DNA of 64,000 nt, taken from NCBI GenBank assembly GCA_963803185.1, contig CAWDMF010000006.1, positions 22,779-86,778 of the forward strand, given 5' to 3'. Shown here piece after piece: positions 19,546 through 30,012 of this stretch. The notes under the pieces are model-generated. The model had not been told where the DNA came from. It saw nothing but the letters and a program-made list of their open reading frames with translations, and did no database searches. Both the position numbers and the translations under genes were made by a program. The DNA comes from an uncultured Gammaproteobacteria bacterium. GTDB lineage: Bacteria > Pseudomonadota > Gammaproteobacteria > SZUA-229. Every line of letters begins with the position of its first letter. The stretch's first letter is position 1.

Positions 19546-20019
19546 CTAATCATCAATTGCGGAGTTTGCCGGTCTATTTTCATTAGACGCAGGCTGTTTA
19601 TCAGCAGTTGATTTTTCCTTTTCAGGTCTATCTGCCTCAAACTTTACCGCTTCAGGTTTATTTGTCTCAGGCTTTTCTATTTTAGGTTTATCTACCTTAG
19701 GTTTATTTACCTTCTTAGGTTTATCTGCCTTCTTAGGTTTATCTGCCCTAGGTTTATTTGCCCTGGGTTTATCTGCCTTAGGTTCTTGTGCCTTAGGTTC
19801 TTGTACCTTAGCTTCTTGTACCTTAGGTTCTTGTGCCTTAGGTTCTTGTGCCTCAGGATTGTCCGTTTTAGGCTTTTGCGAATTAGCTATATCAGCCACC
19901 GGCTTATCAACTCGTGGTTTGTCTACGCACGGCTTTATCCAGGCTGGCTTTATCATCGTTACTCGGCGCGGAAGCTTTCTGCTCTTGCCCCTTATCTTTT
20001 TCTGTGTCTGTGCCAGCAC
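19546..20019 (-). CDS. Repeat-rich Lys/Pro ORF overlapping the rne 3' end (possible frameshifted RNase E C-terminal extension, or spurious)
   Basis: 157 aa containing five (A/V)QEPK and many DKPK repeats, encoded by 15-bp tandem DNA repeats TTAGGTTCTTGTGCC (about 19725-19860). It overlaps the rne stop by about 110 nt in another frame. Confidence 0.3.
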   Translation of the reverse strand: MLAQTQKKIRGKSRKLPRRVTMIKPAWIKPCVDKPRVDKPVADIANSQKPKTDNPEAQEPKAQEPKVQEAKVQEPKAQEPKADKPRANKPRADKPKKADKPKKVNKPKVDKPKIEKPETNKPEAVKFEADRPEKEKSTADKQPASNENRPANSAIDD

Positions 20020-22237
20020 TGTTTTCTATATTTTTCGGCAGATTGCTTCGCTGCTCCTGATTAGCACTACTATCTGCCTTGCCTGGCTTTGAAGCTGGCT
20101 TAGGTGCTGCAGTTGATTTTGTTTCATTCGCTGGCGCTGATGACGCACTTACGTTTTCGCTGCCTGTAGAAACTTCAGACTTTTTTGTGCGACTGCCACT
20201 ACTACGGCGACGTCGATTGCGGTTTGACTGGCTAGCTGTCTTACTACCCGGCTGTGTTGTATCCTGTCTTTTTGCAGCGGTTTCTTTTGTTTTATCAACA
20301 GCTTTTTTTGACTGTGTTGTAGCGGCAGATGTTTTTGCTGTTGCTTGCCTATCTCCCTGCCTGCTACCCTGTTTACTGCTCTGCTCGCTACTGAGGTTAG
20401 TATCCGGTTTGCGGGGGCGACTGCGACTACGTCCTCTATTGCTGCGATTTCGATTTTGTGCGCTGCGCGGATTTCTATTACGGCTGGAATCTGCGGCTTT
20501 GTTAGCGCGTGAATCTGCTTTTTTCACCTCCGGTTTTTCTTCCTTGTCAGCACTAAAAATAGAAACAATTTTGTTTAATAAACCTTTTGGCTTAGCTGTA
20601 TCTACTACCACGGGAGGTGATACTGTTGGACGTCGTCCAGGTGAAATTGAAGAAACCGCTGCTTTTTCAGGCTGTATTGATTTTTCCGGTGTTACATCAA
20701 CACTGTATCTTGTTTCTTTTTCAGCGCGCTGGTAACTGGCAGTTTCGTCAGTTTCATCATATTCACTCTTTCGAATGCGCTCAACTTTATATTGTGGCGT
20801 TTCCAGTGTTGGATTGGCCACAATTAATACATGTACACCACTTAGTTTTTCAACATCCAGAATTGCCTGACGTTTTTCATTCAGTATGTAAGTGGCAACA
20901 TCAACAGGCACTTGAAGATCAACCCGTGCGGTCCCCGCTTTTAGTGCTTCCTCTTCAAGAATACGAACCAATGATAATGACAGTGATTCTACGGTGCGTA
21001 TGGTGCCCTGACCGGTACATCGTGGACAAACAATTTGTGTTGATTCACCTAAGGAGGGTTTAAGCCGCTGACGCGACATCTCCAGTAAACCAAAACGTGA
21101 AATACGCCCGATCTGAACGCGTGCACGATCAGCCTGGACAGCAGCATTGAGCCGGTTTTCAACGGCACGCTGGTTGCGACTGTTCATCATATCGATGAAA
21201 TCAATCACCACCAGGCCACCTAAATCGCGCAATCGCAACTGGCGGGCGATTTCATCAGCCGCTTCAAGGTTGGTATTGGTTGCTGTTTCTTCAATATCAC
21301 CACCTTTGGTGGCACGGGCCGAGTTGATATCAATGGAGATAAGAGCTTCGGTGTGATCGATAACAATCGCACCACCGGAAGGCAGATGCACTTCGCGTCG
21401 GTAAGCCGATTCAATCTGATTTTCAACCTGAAAACGGTTAAATAGCGGCACCGTGTCATCATAAAATTTGATTTTATGGACACTGTTAGGCATAACCTGT
21501 TGCACAAAGTCCATGGCGGCGTCGTAAACTTCTTTTGAGTCTATCAGTACTTCGGAAATATCACTGCGGAAGTAGTCGCGCAGTGCACGCGTGGTGACAT
21601 CACTTTCCTGATAGATCAAAAATGGTGATGGACGCTCGGCAGCGGCTTTTTCAAAAGCTGTCCACAGTTGCAATAAATAATCCAGGTCCCATTGCAATTC
21701 TTCGGCGTTTCGACCAACACCTGCAGTACGCACAATTAGCCCCATGCCATTTGGCACTTCAAGCTGACTTAAGGCTTCGCGAATAAGGTTACGATCTTCG
21801 CCTTCAATACGGCGAGAGACACCACCGGCGCGTGGGTTATTTGGCATTAATACCAGGTAACGCCCGGCCAGGCTGATAAATGTTGTTAAGGCAGCACCTT
21901 TATTACCACGTTCTTCTTTTTCCACCTGAATGACAATTTCCTGTCCTTCTTTAATAGCGGTGCGAATATCGGGGCGTCCGGTTGCTTTTTGCGCTTCTTC
22001 GGTGAAGTATACGCGCGAAACTTCTTTGAAAGGCAAAAATCCATGACGCTCAGCGCCATAATCGACAAAACAAGCTTCCAGGCTTGGCTCTACACGTGTT
22101 ATTTTACCTTTGTATACGTTTGATTTTTTCTGTTCCCGGGACGGGACTTCCACGTCCAGATCGTAGAGTTGCTGACCATCTACCATGGCCACTCGAACTT
22201 CTTCTTTCTGGACTGCGTTGATAAGAATTCTTTTCAT
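19907..22237 (-). CDS. rne: Ribonuclease E (catalytic N-terminal half plus Arg/Ser-rich scaffold region)
   Basis: [30 protein letters not shown]... is a canonical RNase E S1/DNase-I/Zn-link N-terminus, followed by a low-complexity R/S/K-rich C-terminus. The downstream overlapping ORF 19546..20019 (KPK/(A/V)QEPK repeats) may be a frameshifted continuation. Confidence 0.85.
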   Translation of the reverse strand: MKRILINAVQKEEVRVAMVDGQQLYDLDVEVPSREQKKSNVYKGKITRVEPSLEACFVDYGAERHGFLPFKEVSRVYFTEEAQKATGRPDIRTAIKEGQEIVIQVEKEERGNKGAALTTFISLAGRYLVLMPNNPRAGGVSRRIEGEDRNLIREALSQLEVPNGMGLIVRTAGVGRNAEELQWDLDYLLQLWTAFEKAAAERPSPFLIYQESDVTTRALRDYFRSDISEVLIDSKEVYDAAMDFVQQVMPNSVHKIKFYDDTVPLFNRFQVENQIESAYRREVHLPSGGAIVIDHTEALISIDINSARATKGGDIEETATNTNLEAADEIARQLRLRDLGGLVVIDFIDMMNSRNQRAVENRLNAAVQADRARVQIGRISRFGLLEMSRQRLKPSLGESTQIVCPRCTGQGTIRTVESLSLSLVRILEEEALKAGTARVDLQVPVDVATYILNEKRQAILDVEKLSGVHVLIVANPTLETPQYKVERIRKSEYDETDETASYQRAEKETRYSVDVTPEKSIQPEKAAVSSISPGRRPTVSPPVVVDTAKPKGLLNKIVSIFSADKEEKPEVKKADSRANKAADSSRNRNPRSAQNRNRSNRGRSRSRPRKPDTNLSSEQSSKQGSRQGDRQATAKTSAATTQSKKAVDKTKETAAKRQDTTQPGSKTASQSNRNRRRRSSGSRTKKSEVSTGSENVSASSAPANETKSTAAPKPASKPGKADSSANQEQRSNLPKNIENSAGTDTEKDKGQEQKASAPSNDDKASLDKAVRRQTTS

Positions 22238-22820
22238 TTGCAGTTAAACCTGTTTTTGTTTCCGCTCTCAAACTCACTTCGACGTGTCTCGCCAGTTCAT
22301 ATTGCCGATAAAATGGCAACAAATGGCGAGTCGCAGACTGCAATGCATAGAGGCCAGAAAGCATCCACATTAAAAATGTGGCTGCTAAATAACCGGTCTC
22401 AGGCAGAGTAATTACGTTATCAGTGATTAAATTAGGGAAATTCATTAATTAAATTATGTTGTTACTGGTTAATTTATATTTGCTTCATGCTCATTAAAAA
22501 CTAGCAGCGAAAGCAAATACTTAAAAATTTAAGTCTCTAGCCTCAGTTTCAAACCTGATTTCAGGCAGTTTTGTTAGCCATGAATAATGACTTCATTTAC
22601 GAAAAATCTCGAACTAACGTCTAACATCGGCGAACTCGCAGCGAACTATCAGTAAAAGTCGCTGCCTTGATGACCGTTCATCAAGTCTATAATCCTTTAT
22701 TTTATGCCTGTTATTTTTTTGTCTGGCAAAATTCCTAACAAATGCAATAGCTTATAAAGCTGACATCTGACCGACCAAGTCTGGCAAAATGCGAGCCTCT
22801 GGTCAACTATAATTAGTCAT

Positions 22821-23822
22821 TTGTCAAAAAACAAACAAATAGCAAAAAATAAAAAAATAATGCAGATAAATAAAGACAGGGTGAGTCAGCTCAGTATCAG
22901 TGAAACACAAGCAGGTCAACGTCTTGATAACTTCCTGCTAAAACATTTAAAAGGTGTTCCAAAAAGCCACATTTATCGCTTACTGCGCAGTGGCCAGGTA
23001 AGAGTCAACAGTGGCAGAAAAAAACCACACTACAAGTTACAGACGGATGACATAGTCAGGTTGCCACCGGTTCGCATCGCCGAAGAGCAGAACGACCAGG
23101 TTCCTGAATCCATTAGGCAAACGCTGAAAGAGGCCATTATTTTTGAAAATGAAGACATCATAGCAATCAATAAGCCCTCCGGCATTGCGGTGCACAAAGG
23201 CAGCGGTTTACGTTTTGGCATAATTGAAGCCTTCAGGCAGATAGCGCCTGAGCAAACACTTGAACTGGTACACCGGTTAGACCGTGAAACCAGCGGTTGT
23301 TTATTACTGGCAAAAAACCGCCAGGTACTGGCGAGACTGCATGAACTATTTCGCCATGAAAAAACCGTCCATATCGAAAAAACCTATATTGCCCTGCTCG
23401 ACGGGCACTGGCGGCACGGTAATCAAACCATTGATATGGGTGTCAGCAAGATCAAACGTGGTGGCGAACACATAATGCAAGCTGACGAATCAGGAGAGCG
23501 GGCCATTAGCCATTTCGAACCGCTGGAAATATATGATCTGAATAATACAAATAAGTGCAGTTTAATGAAAATCACTATTGAAACCGGTCGCACGCACCAG
23601 ATACGTGTTCACGCACAACACTGTGGTTTTCCCATTATTGGTGATACGAAATATGGCAATAAAACAACAAATCGGTATTTTAGAAAGCTTGGATTAAAAC
23701 GGCTTTTTCTACACGCCAAACAGTTGTATTTGCCACTGACTGACCCCATAACTATTAATGCCGCGTTAAGTCATGATCTTGAATTATTATTAAAACAATT
23801 ACGGCATAAAATTACAGTATAA
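22821..23822 (+). CDS. rluC: 23S rRNA pseudouridine synthase C (start more likely at Met 22860)
   Basis: An S4 domain (GQRLDNFLLKHLKGVPKSHIYRLLRSGQVRVN) plus an RluA-family catalytic core. Divergent from rne as in E. coli. Confidence 0.85.
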   Translation: MSKNKQIAKNKKIMQINKDRVSQLSISETQAGQRLDNFLLKHLKGVPKSHIYRLLRSGQVRVNSGRKKPHYKLQTDDIVRLPPVRIAEEQNDQVPESIRQTLKEAIIFENEDIIAINKPSGIAVHKGSGLRFGIIEAFRQIAPEQTLELVHRLDRETSGCLLLAKNRQVLARLHELFRHEKTVHIEKTYIALLDGHWRHGNQTIDMGVSKIKRGGEHIMQADESGERAISHFEPLEIYDLNNTNKCSLMKITIETGRTHQIRVHAQHCGFPIIGDTKYGNKTTNRYFRKLGLKRLFLHAKQLYLPLTDPITINAALSHDLELLLKQLRHKITV

Positions 23823-23825
23823 ATA

Positions 23826-24527
23826 ATGAAACAGTACCCTCTTCTGGTTTTTGACTGGGATGGCACCCTGGTTGATTCCATAAAACGTATCGTCACCAGC
23901 CTGCAATTTGCCAGCAAACAAACGCTTGATATTACGATTAGCGAGACACAGGCAAGAAATGTAATTGGTCTGGGTTTAAGTGAAGCCATAGCCAGACTGC
24001 ATCCTGAACTTGTTGAGCAACAGCATGTAGCTAAGCTGAATAATATAGCTGATGCTTACCGCCAGCATTATCTATATGACAATATGGTACCCGCACCCTT
24101 GTTTGCGGGCGTCAATGAGCTGTTAGACAGCCTGCGTGATGACGGTTATACACTGGCAATTTCTACCGGTAAAAGCCGCACCGGACTGGATAAGTCAATT
24201 AACGAGCATCAACTCGCTGATTATTTCGCCACCACACGATGCGCTGGTACCGGTGAAGGTGAAAGCAAATCCAAACCCCATCCTGAAATGCTGCATGAAA
24301 TATTAGATGAATTACACTTTTCAGCCGCACAAACCCTGATGATTGGTGACAGTGAACACGACCTGCAAATGGCAAAAAATGCCAACATGCAATGCATCGC
24401 TGTCAGCCATGGCGTGCACGATGCCGCAACACTGGAAAAACACAATCCATTAACCTGTTTAAAAAATATCACGGAATTATCCACTTATTTAAACCATAAT
24501 AAGCTAACAGCAAAAAACTATTCATAG
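23826..24527 (+). CDS. HAD-family hydrolase (phosphoglycolate phosphatase-like)
   Basis: DWDGTLVDS motif I, STGKSR motif II, GDSEHD motif IV. Confidence 0.7.
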   Translation: MKQYPLLVFDWDGTLVDSIKRIVTSLQFASKQTLDITISETQARNVIGLGLSEAIARLHPELVEQQHVAKLNNIADAYRQHYLYDNMVPAPLFAGVNELLDSLRDDGYTLAISTGKSRTGLDKSINEHQLADYFATTRCAGTGEGESKSKPHPEMLHEILDELHFSAAQTLMIGDSEHDLQMAKNANMQCIAVSHGVHDAATLEKHNPLTCLKNITELSTYLNHNKLTAKNYS

Positions 24528-24536
24528 GTAATTATA

Positions 24537-25478
24537 ATGTCTGACAACAATACTTCATGGGAAAGAGAAGTTGTGACCCAACTGGCAGAAGCCAGTTTGA
24601 AAGAACAACGTCGCTCTCGCCGCTGGGGCATCATTTTTAAATTGCTAACCTTTGCTTACATTGGTGTAATCCTGTTCATGATTGGTGAGGCCAGCCTCAC
24701 TAAAGTTACAATCAATGAAAAGCACACCGCACTGGTTGAATTGACCGGCGTTATCGCCGACAAGGAAATAGCCAGCGCAGACCATATTGTTACCGCGCTG
24801 CGTGACGCTTTTGATAATGAAAAGGCAGCGGGGGTCATCTTAAGAATCAACAGCCCCGGCGGTTCACCGGTACAATCCGGATACATCTACGATGAAATAA
24901 AGCGCCTGCGAAAAGAAAACCCGGATACTCCACTGTATGCGGTGGTAACCGATATCTGCGCATCCGGCGGTTATTACATCGCCTCCGCTGCCGATAAAAT
25001 TTACGCAGATAAAGCCAGCATCGTCGGATCAATTGGTGTACGCATGGATAACTTTGGCTTTGTCGATGCCATCGAAAAACTTGGCATTGAGCGTCGCACA
25101 TTAACAGCAGGTGAAAACAAAGCACTACTCGACCCCTTCCTGCCTGAAAATGACAAAACCAAAGCACATATGCAGACTATGCTCAGTGAAATTCATCAAC
25201 AATTTATCAATGCCGTAAAAGAAGGCCGTGGTGATCGGCTTGATACTTCTGTTGAAGGACTATTTTCAGGCTTAATCTGGACCGGCGAAACCGCAGTAAA
25301 GAATGGCCTGGTTGATGAGCTTGCCAGCTCCAGTTATGTTGCACGAGAAGTAATCGGTGAAGAAACCATCGTAGACTATACTGTACAGGACGATATCCTG
25401 GAACGCTTCGCACAGCGCCTGGGTTCAACCGTGGCACAGGTTATCAGTACACAGCTCTTTAGTTCGACACCAAGATAA
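24537..25478 (+). CDS. sppA: S49-family signal peptide peptidase, SppA 36K type
   Basis: N-terminal TM helix. AGVILRINSPGGSPVQSGYIYDEIKRLR and CASGGYYIASAAD are ClpP/crotonase-fold S49 motifs. Confidence 0.8.
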   Translation: MSDNNTSWEREVVTQLAEASLKEQRRSRRWGIIFKLLTFAYIGVILFMIGEASLTKVTINEKHTALVELTGVIADKEIASADHIVTALRDAFDNEKAAGVILRINSPGGSPVQSGYIYDEIKRLRKENPDTPLYAVVTDICASGGYYIASAADKIYADKASIVGSIGVRMDNFGFVDAIEKLGIERRTLTAGENKALLDPFLPENDKTKAHMQTMLSEIHQQFINAVKEGRGDRLDTSVEGLFSGLIWTGETAVKNGLVDELASSSYVAREVIGEETIVDYTVQDDILERFAQRLGSTVAQVISTQLFSSTPR

Positions 25479-25488
25479 ACCCTTTACC

Positions 25489-25516
25489 CGGACACTTTAA
25501 TTGTCCGGGTTAAAAG
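25489..25516 (+). terminator. Hairpin downstream of sppA
   Basis: ACCCGGACA-ctttaat-TGTCCGGGT, 11 nt after the stop and followed by TAAAAG. Confidence 0.4.
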
Positions 25517-25596
25517 CAGACAGCGTTTTATATATCCCGGATCATTACTATTTATATTAATGAATGGGCACATGAGAAGTGCCCGTTCTACAAAAA

Positions 25597-25643
25597 CTTA
25601 ACCCGGATATTTCATCGTGTTGCTATGAAATATCCGGGTTAAG
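25597..25643. repeat. Solo-hairpin copy of the family-3 element: the same two TIRs separated by 9 nt
   Basis: cTTAACCCGGATATTTCAT-cgtgttgct-ATGAAATATCCGGGTTAAg. The loop cgtgttgct is close to the reverse complement of agcagcac adjacent to the left TIR at 3928. Confidence 0.8.
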
Positions 25644-25959
25644 TCCGTTTTAAGTTGATTAAATACCACTTCATTTTCACAATATTATTTTCCACCGCCT
25701 CCTAACCCGGTTGTTTTTCCGGTATTTTTTACTAAGCTTAAAGTATGTGTGATGAATTTTATGATTAAAGTCACTTTATCTTAACCGGCAATGCAGGACA
25801 TTTTAACCACAAGATGTCGATTCATGACTTAATCAGAGCCTGGTTAATATCCTTTGCCTGAAACATTGACCTGTAAAAAAAATAATAAGTAAAAGTGATA
25901 AGCAGGATGCTTTGTACTTGATATCAAACCTGCAAATATAATACTAAAGGCATCCAGCA

Positions 25960-28650
25960 ATGAGAAATGGAGTTTTTAAAAGCGACTGGTTTACTGGTCT
26001 TATCATTACCTTCATTTTCCTGGTTTTATCGCTCAGCTTTAATTTTATCGCAAGCATAGAAAGAAATGCTTATGACTTCGGCGTTAAATCATCATCACGT
26101 ATAGCCAGCAATAAAATTGCCATTATCGCCATTGATGATGCAAGCATTACTAACATTGGCCGATGGCCCTGGTCTCGCGATATTCACGCACAAATGCACG
26201 ACATCCTTGCCGCCGGCGGCGCAAAAGTCATAGGGCAAACTGTTTTCTTTCCTGAACCACAACTGGATCCGGGTCTCAAGTTTATTCGAGAACTTAAAAC
26301 TTTCTTTGAAAGCAGTAACATCGCTGCTGTTCCTGATTTAACTGAAGAGCTTGCTCTCACTATCAAAAAAAACCGCCAGCGGTTAAAAAACAAACGTGAT
26401 GCCAGGGGCAGAGCTGCGCTGAAAAAGATTTCTGATGCTCTTGAAAATTCACCATTACGTAATAAGGTAGCTGAAGAACTAGAAACCTATGTTAAATATT
26501 TAAACTCGGCAGAAACCACGCTCGACACAGACAGCAGACTTGCCCAGAGCATGCAGGTCGCTGGCAATATTGTCCTGCTTATGCCTGGCAAACCAGGACA
26601 ACCTAATGGTCAACCTGATGAACCACTGCCAGAATACGTTGCTAAAAACAGACTAGCTGAAGTCAACATTATTAATACAGAAGCAACTAACCCCAGCGGG
26701 CTTAGACCATTAACAGTAATTAAGGCCCACCCTTCTATCGCCATCCTGGGGGAACAGGCTAGCGCTTTCGGTGCTTCAGTGCCATTACCCGATGTTGATG
26801 GTGCTATCAGAGCTGAACCATTAATTATCGATTATTATGGTGACCTCTATCCATCAATGTCTTTAATGCTCGCTGCCACAGGTTTAAACCTGGGCATCGA
26901 GGATATTCACGTTATCGTTGGCTCGAGTGTGCAACTCGATCGTTTGCATATCAAAACCGATGCTAAATCATTAATGAACATCTTCTTCTATCATACTGAA
27001 GAATATAACGGCGCATTCCCAATTGATTCTTTCTTTGATGTATATAGCGGCAAAATTCCAGGCGAAAAATATAAAGATAAAATTGTCCTTATCGGACCAA
27101 CAGCTATGGGTGTTGCTCCTACCTTTGTCACTCCAATTGATGCATCCATGTCATCTGTAGTCACACTGGCACATTCTGTTTCAAGCATTCTTAACGAGGA
27201 CTTTTTTGTTGAGCCTGAATGGGGTTTCTACGCGCGACTTGGGGCATTCACTTTAGCTGCCCTGTATATCATGTTCCTGCTTCCAAAGCTGAGCGCAATT
27301 ATTGGTTTCATTAGCACTACTGTGCTTTTACTGGCTTTACTCTATACACATTATTTTATGATGACGGCAAATGGCATGTGGTTAAAATTGATGATGCCTG
27401 CCCTGCTGCTCGTAACAGGGCATATTCTATTGACCACAAAACATTTTTTCCTTTCGGAAAAAGGCAAAAAACGTCTTGATATTGAATCTGCAGAAAGTAA
27501 TCGTATGCTTGGCCTTTCACTGCAAGGCCAGGGCCAGCTGGATATGGCTTTTGAAAAATTCCGTAAACTTATGCTGGACAAATCAACCCTCGAATTACTC
27601 TATAACCTGGCACTGGACTACGAACGTAAACGTCAATTCAACAAGGCAAAATCTGTTTACGATTACATGGCTGATTTTGATAGCAAATTCCGTGATATCA
27701 AAAGCCGCTCTAAGCGCGCACGCTCACTGGAAGAAAACGTTATTCTTGGTGGTAGTAACAGCGCTTCATCCGGCGGCACATTAATACTTGAAGATGGTGG
27801 TATTAAGAAGCCCATGCTGGGCCGTTATCAAATTGAACGCGAGCTGGGCAAAGGCGCAATGGGTGCGGTTTACCTGGGCAAAGACCCAAAAATATCGCGT
27901 ACCGTAGCCATTAAAACCATGGCATTGTCACAGGAATTTGAAGACGACGAACTGGCTCAAGTTAAACAGCGTTTCTTCCGCGAAGCAGAAACGGCCGGTC
28001 GCCTGAATCACCCTAATATCGTTACTATTTTCGATGCTGGCGAAGAGCAGGACCTGGCCTATATTGCGATGGAATTTCTTCAAGGCAACGATTTAAAAAA
28101 TTACGTTAAAGCCGATACGATATTACCAATAAAACAGGTGTTATCCATCATACAACGTTCAGCCGATGGCATCGATTACGCTCATCAGCACAATGTTGTT
28201 CACCGTGATATTAAACCTGCCAATATCATGTGGGACCCGAAAACAGATTCATGCAAAATCACCGATTTTGGTATTGCCCACATCACAGACTCAAGCAAAA
28301 CGAAAACCGGCATGGTACTGGGCACACCTTCTTACATGTCACCAGAACAACTCGCTGGCAGAAAAGTAACAGGACAGTCTGATATTTTCTCACTCGGTGT
28401 CATGTTGTTCCAGATGGTGACCGGTCAATTACCATTTACTGCTGACTCAATGACATCCCTGATGTATAAAATTGCTAACGAGGAACATCCAAGTCCAAAT
28501 TCAATCAACCCGGATGTACCCCGCTGTGTGACTATCATTATTAATCGCGCAATGGCAAAAGACGTAAAAAAACGCTACCAACGCGGCAAAGAGATGGTTA
28601 GTGATATAACGAAGTGCCTGAAGATAATAAAAGCTGAAGGTAAGGACTAA
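25960..28650 (+). CDS. CHASE2-sensor Ser/Thr protein kinase (CHASE2, TM helices, TPR-like linker, Hanks kinase)
   Basis: N-terminal KIAIIAIDDASITNIGRWPWSRDIHAQ (CHASE2), multiple TM helices at about aa 420-490, and a C-terminal kinase with GKGAMGAVYLG, VAIK, HRDIKPANIMW, DFGIA, TPSYMSPEQ. Confidence 0.88.
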   Translation: MRNGVFKSDWFTGLIITFIFLVLSLSFNFIASIERNAYDFGVKSSSRIASNKIAIIAIDDASITNIGRWPWSRDIHAQMHDILAAGGAKVIGQTVFFPEPQLDPGLKFIRELKTFFESSNIAAVPDLTEELALTIKKNRQRLKNKRDARGRAALKKISDALENSPLRNKVAEELETYVKYLNSAETTLDTDSRLAQSMQVAGNIVLLMPGKPGQPNGQPDEPLPEYVAKNRLAEVNIINTEATNPSGLRPLTVIKAHPSIAILGEQASAFGASVPLPDVDGAIRAEPLIIDYYGDLYPSMSLMLAATGLNLGIEDIHVIVGSSVQLDRLHIKTDAKSLMNIFFYHTEEYNGAFPIDSFFDVYSGKIPGEKYKDKIVLIGPTAMGVAPTFVTPIDASMSSVVTLAHSVSSILNEDFFVEPEWGFYARLGAFTLAALYIMFLLPKLSAIIGFISTTVLLLALLYTHYFMMTANGMWLKLMMPALLLVTGHILLTTKHFFLSEKGKKRLDIESAESNRMLGLSLQGQGQLDMAFEKFRKLMLDKSTLELLYNLALDYERKRQFNKAKSVYDYMADFDSKFRDIKSRSKRARSLEENVILGGSNSASSGGTLILEDGGIKKPMLGRYQIERELGKGAMGAVYLGKDPKISRTVAIKTMALSQEFEDDELAQVKQRFFREAETAGRLNHPNIVTIFDAGEEQDLAYIAMEFLQGNDLKNYVKADTILPIKQVLSIIQRSADGIDYAHQHNVVHRDIKPANIMWDPKTDSCKITDFGIAHITDSSKTKTGMVLGTPSYMSPEQLAGRKVTGQSDIFSLGVMLFQMVTGQLPFTADSMTSLMYKIANEEHPSPNSINPDVPRCVTIIINRAMAKDVKKRYQRGKEMVSDITKCLKIIKAEGKD

Positions 28651-29474
28651 TGACGCTTAAAGGAAAGATTCAGCTTTACGGAAGAACAGATACCGGTTCT
28701 GTTCGTGAGCATAATGAAGATGTTATCGGCTGCAATGAGAATATTGCTCTGGCAGTACTTGCCGATGGCATGGGCGGTCATCGCGGTGGTGAAATGGCAA
28801 GCGCAATTACCGTCAGCACTGTACTTGAAGTCATAACAAAGAAAGTAAAAAATATAAAAACCAGTGACACTGATAATACTAGCGGCTACAGCGCAGAAAG
28901 CCAGATAATACATGACGCTGTCACCCTGGCGAATAAAAAGGTTCACGATTCATCTAAAGCCAATGCCCAGTACCGTGGCATGGGTACAACCGTTGTGGTT
29001 GTTTTGTTTTATGATAATCGTTTTACTGTTGCACACGTCGGTGATTCACGACTCTATCGCTTACGTGATGGTGAACTCGAACAGCTGACCCGTGATCATA
29101 GCCTGATACAGGAACTGATCGACCGGGATTTCTATTCGCCTGAGCAGGCAAAAAAATCATTAAATAAAAACCTGATAACACGTGCTATTGGTATAGACAG
29201 CAAGGTTAAAATTGATATACAGGAAGATGTCGCCTTAGTAAATGACATCTACCTGCTTTGTTCTGATGGCGTCACTGATATGATTGAAGACGATTTAATC
29301 AAGTCGGTTATGATTGAAAACAGCGAAAACCTGAAAAAAACCACATCGGAAATTATACGCCTGGCAAATGAACACGGTGGCAAAGATAATATTTCGGCAA
29401 TACTGATTAAACCAGTAAAACCATTCCCTGCTAAAGATAGCTTGTTTTCTCAGTTTTTTAACATATTCTCATAG
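28650..29474 (+). CDS. PP2C-family Ser/Thr phosphatase
   Basis: TDTGSVREHNED...LADGMGGHRGGEMAS...GTTVVVV...GDSRLY...CSDGV. Its start overlaps the kinase stop (TAATG). Confidence 0.88.
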   Translation: MTLKGKIQLYGRTDTGSVREHNEDVIGCNENIALAVLADGMGGHRGGEMASAITVSTVLEVITKKVKNIKTSDTDNTSGYSAESQIIHDAVTLANKKVHDSSKANAQYRGMGTTVVVVLFYDNRFTVAHVGDSRLYRLRDGELEQLTRDHSLIQELIDRDFYSPEQAKKSLNKNLITRAIGIDSKVKIDIQEDVALVNDIYLLCSDGVTDMIEDDLIKSVMIENSENLKKTTSEIIRLANEHGGKDNISAILIKPVKPFPAKDSLFSQFFNIFS

Positions 29475-29526
29475 ATACATAAATAAAATAATAATGCATA
29501 TAGCAAACACATGGTAAGGAATTTTA

Positions 29527-29715
29527 ATGGCGAAACTAGTACTCAACTTTAATGGCGAAGTTGTAAAAGAATACGAACTTGATAAAGAGGTTTTAAGCAT
29601 CGGGCGTAATCTCGATAACGATATTCATATCGACAATTCTGCTGCCAGTGGCTATCACGCAAAAGTACTCACCATTGTTAATGATTCGTTCATTGAAGAT
29701 CTCGACCTTCGTTAG
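29527..29715 (+). pseudogene. FHA-domain protein, 3'-truncated within the DL(G)SxNGT motif
   Basis: 62 aa: ...VLSIGRNLDNDIHIDNSAASGYHAKVLTIVNDSFIEDLDLR*. The FHA fold needs about 40 more residues. The stop codon lies inside the duplicated rlmD-5' segment that begins at about 29706. Confidence 0.6.
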
Positions 29716-29940
29716 ACATCGCAGTGATTTCTGTTTCAACCGCTTCTTCCGGCAACCGTGATTTACCTCGTCGCCTTCCTCTTTTAGTAGACATACTTCA
29801 TTATTACTCTATGATTTTAAACTAAAAACATATTATCCACAGATGAACGCAGATAAAAACAAAAACACTATAAGTGGTTTTCACGCATAAGCGTGAAAAC
29901 CAAATAAATCTGTGTTCATCTGCGTTCATCTGTGGACAAA
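29706..29940. repeat. Segmental duplicate of the rlmD 5' end plus a family-1 palindromic element (paralogous to 31283-31525)
   Basis: 29706-29806 is about 98% identical to 31283-31383 (2 mismatches in about 100 bp). It contains an rlmD start-codon remnant (minus-strand ATG at 29794: MSTKRGRRRGKSRLPEEAVETEITAMSNEGRDLQ*) and then family-1 arms at 29834-29855 and 29907-29940. Confidence 0.8.
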
Positions 29941-30012
29941 AGCACAAACGGCACTTTTATTGGTGTTTATAAAATCAGTAACCATGCACTACAATCTGTT
30001 TTTAAAACGTTA

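Noticed and set aside
20079-21063. Long antisense ORFs opposite rne (20079..20735, 20617..21063), and many antisense ORFs within smc, the kinase and ligA
   Set aside because: They are entirely embedded antisense to strongly conserved genes and have low-complexity R/L/S/C-rich translations typical of reverse-frame artefacts.
22104-22445. ORF 22104..22445 (-) and 22169..22411 (+) in the rne upstream region
   Set aside because: They overlap the rne start and the long rne 5' leader, with no homology signal. The region is expected to be the structured autoregulatory rne 5' UTR and divergent rluC promoter.
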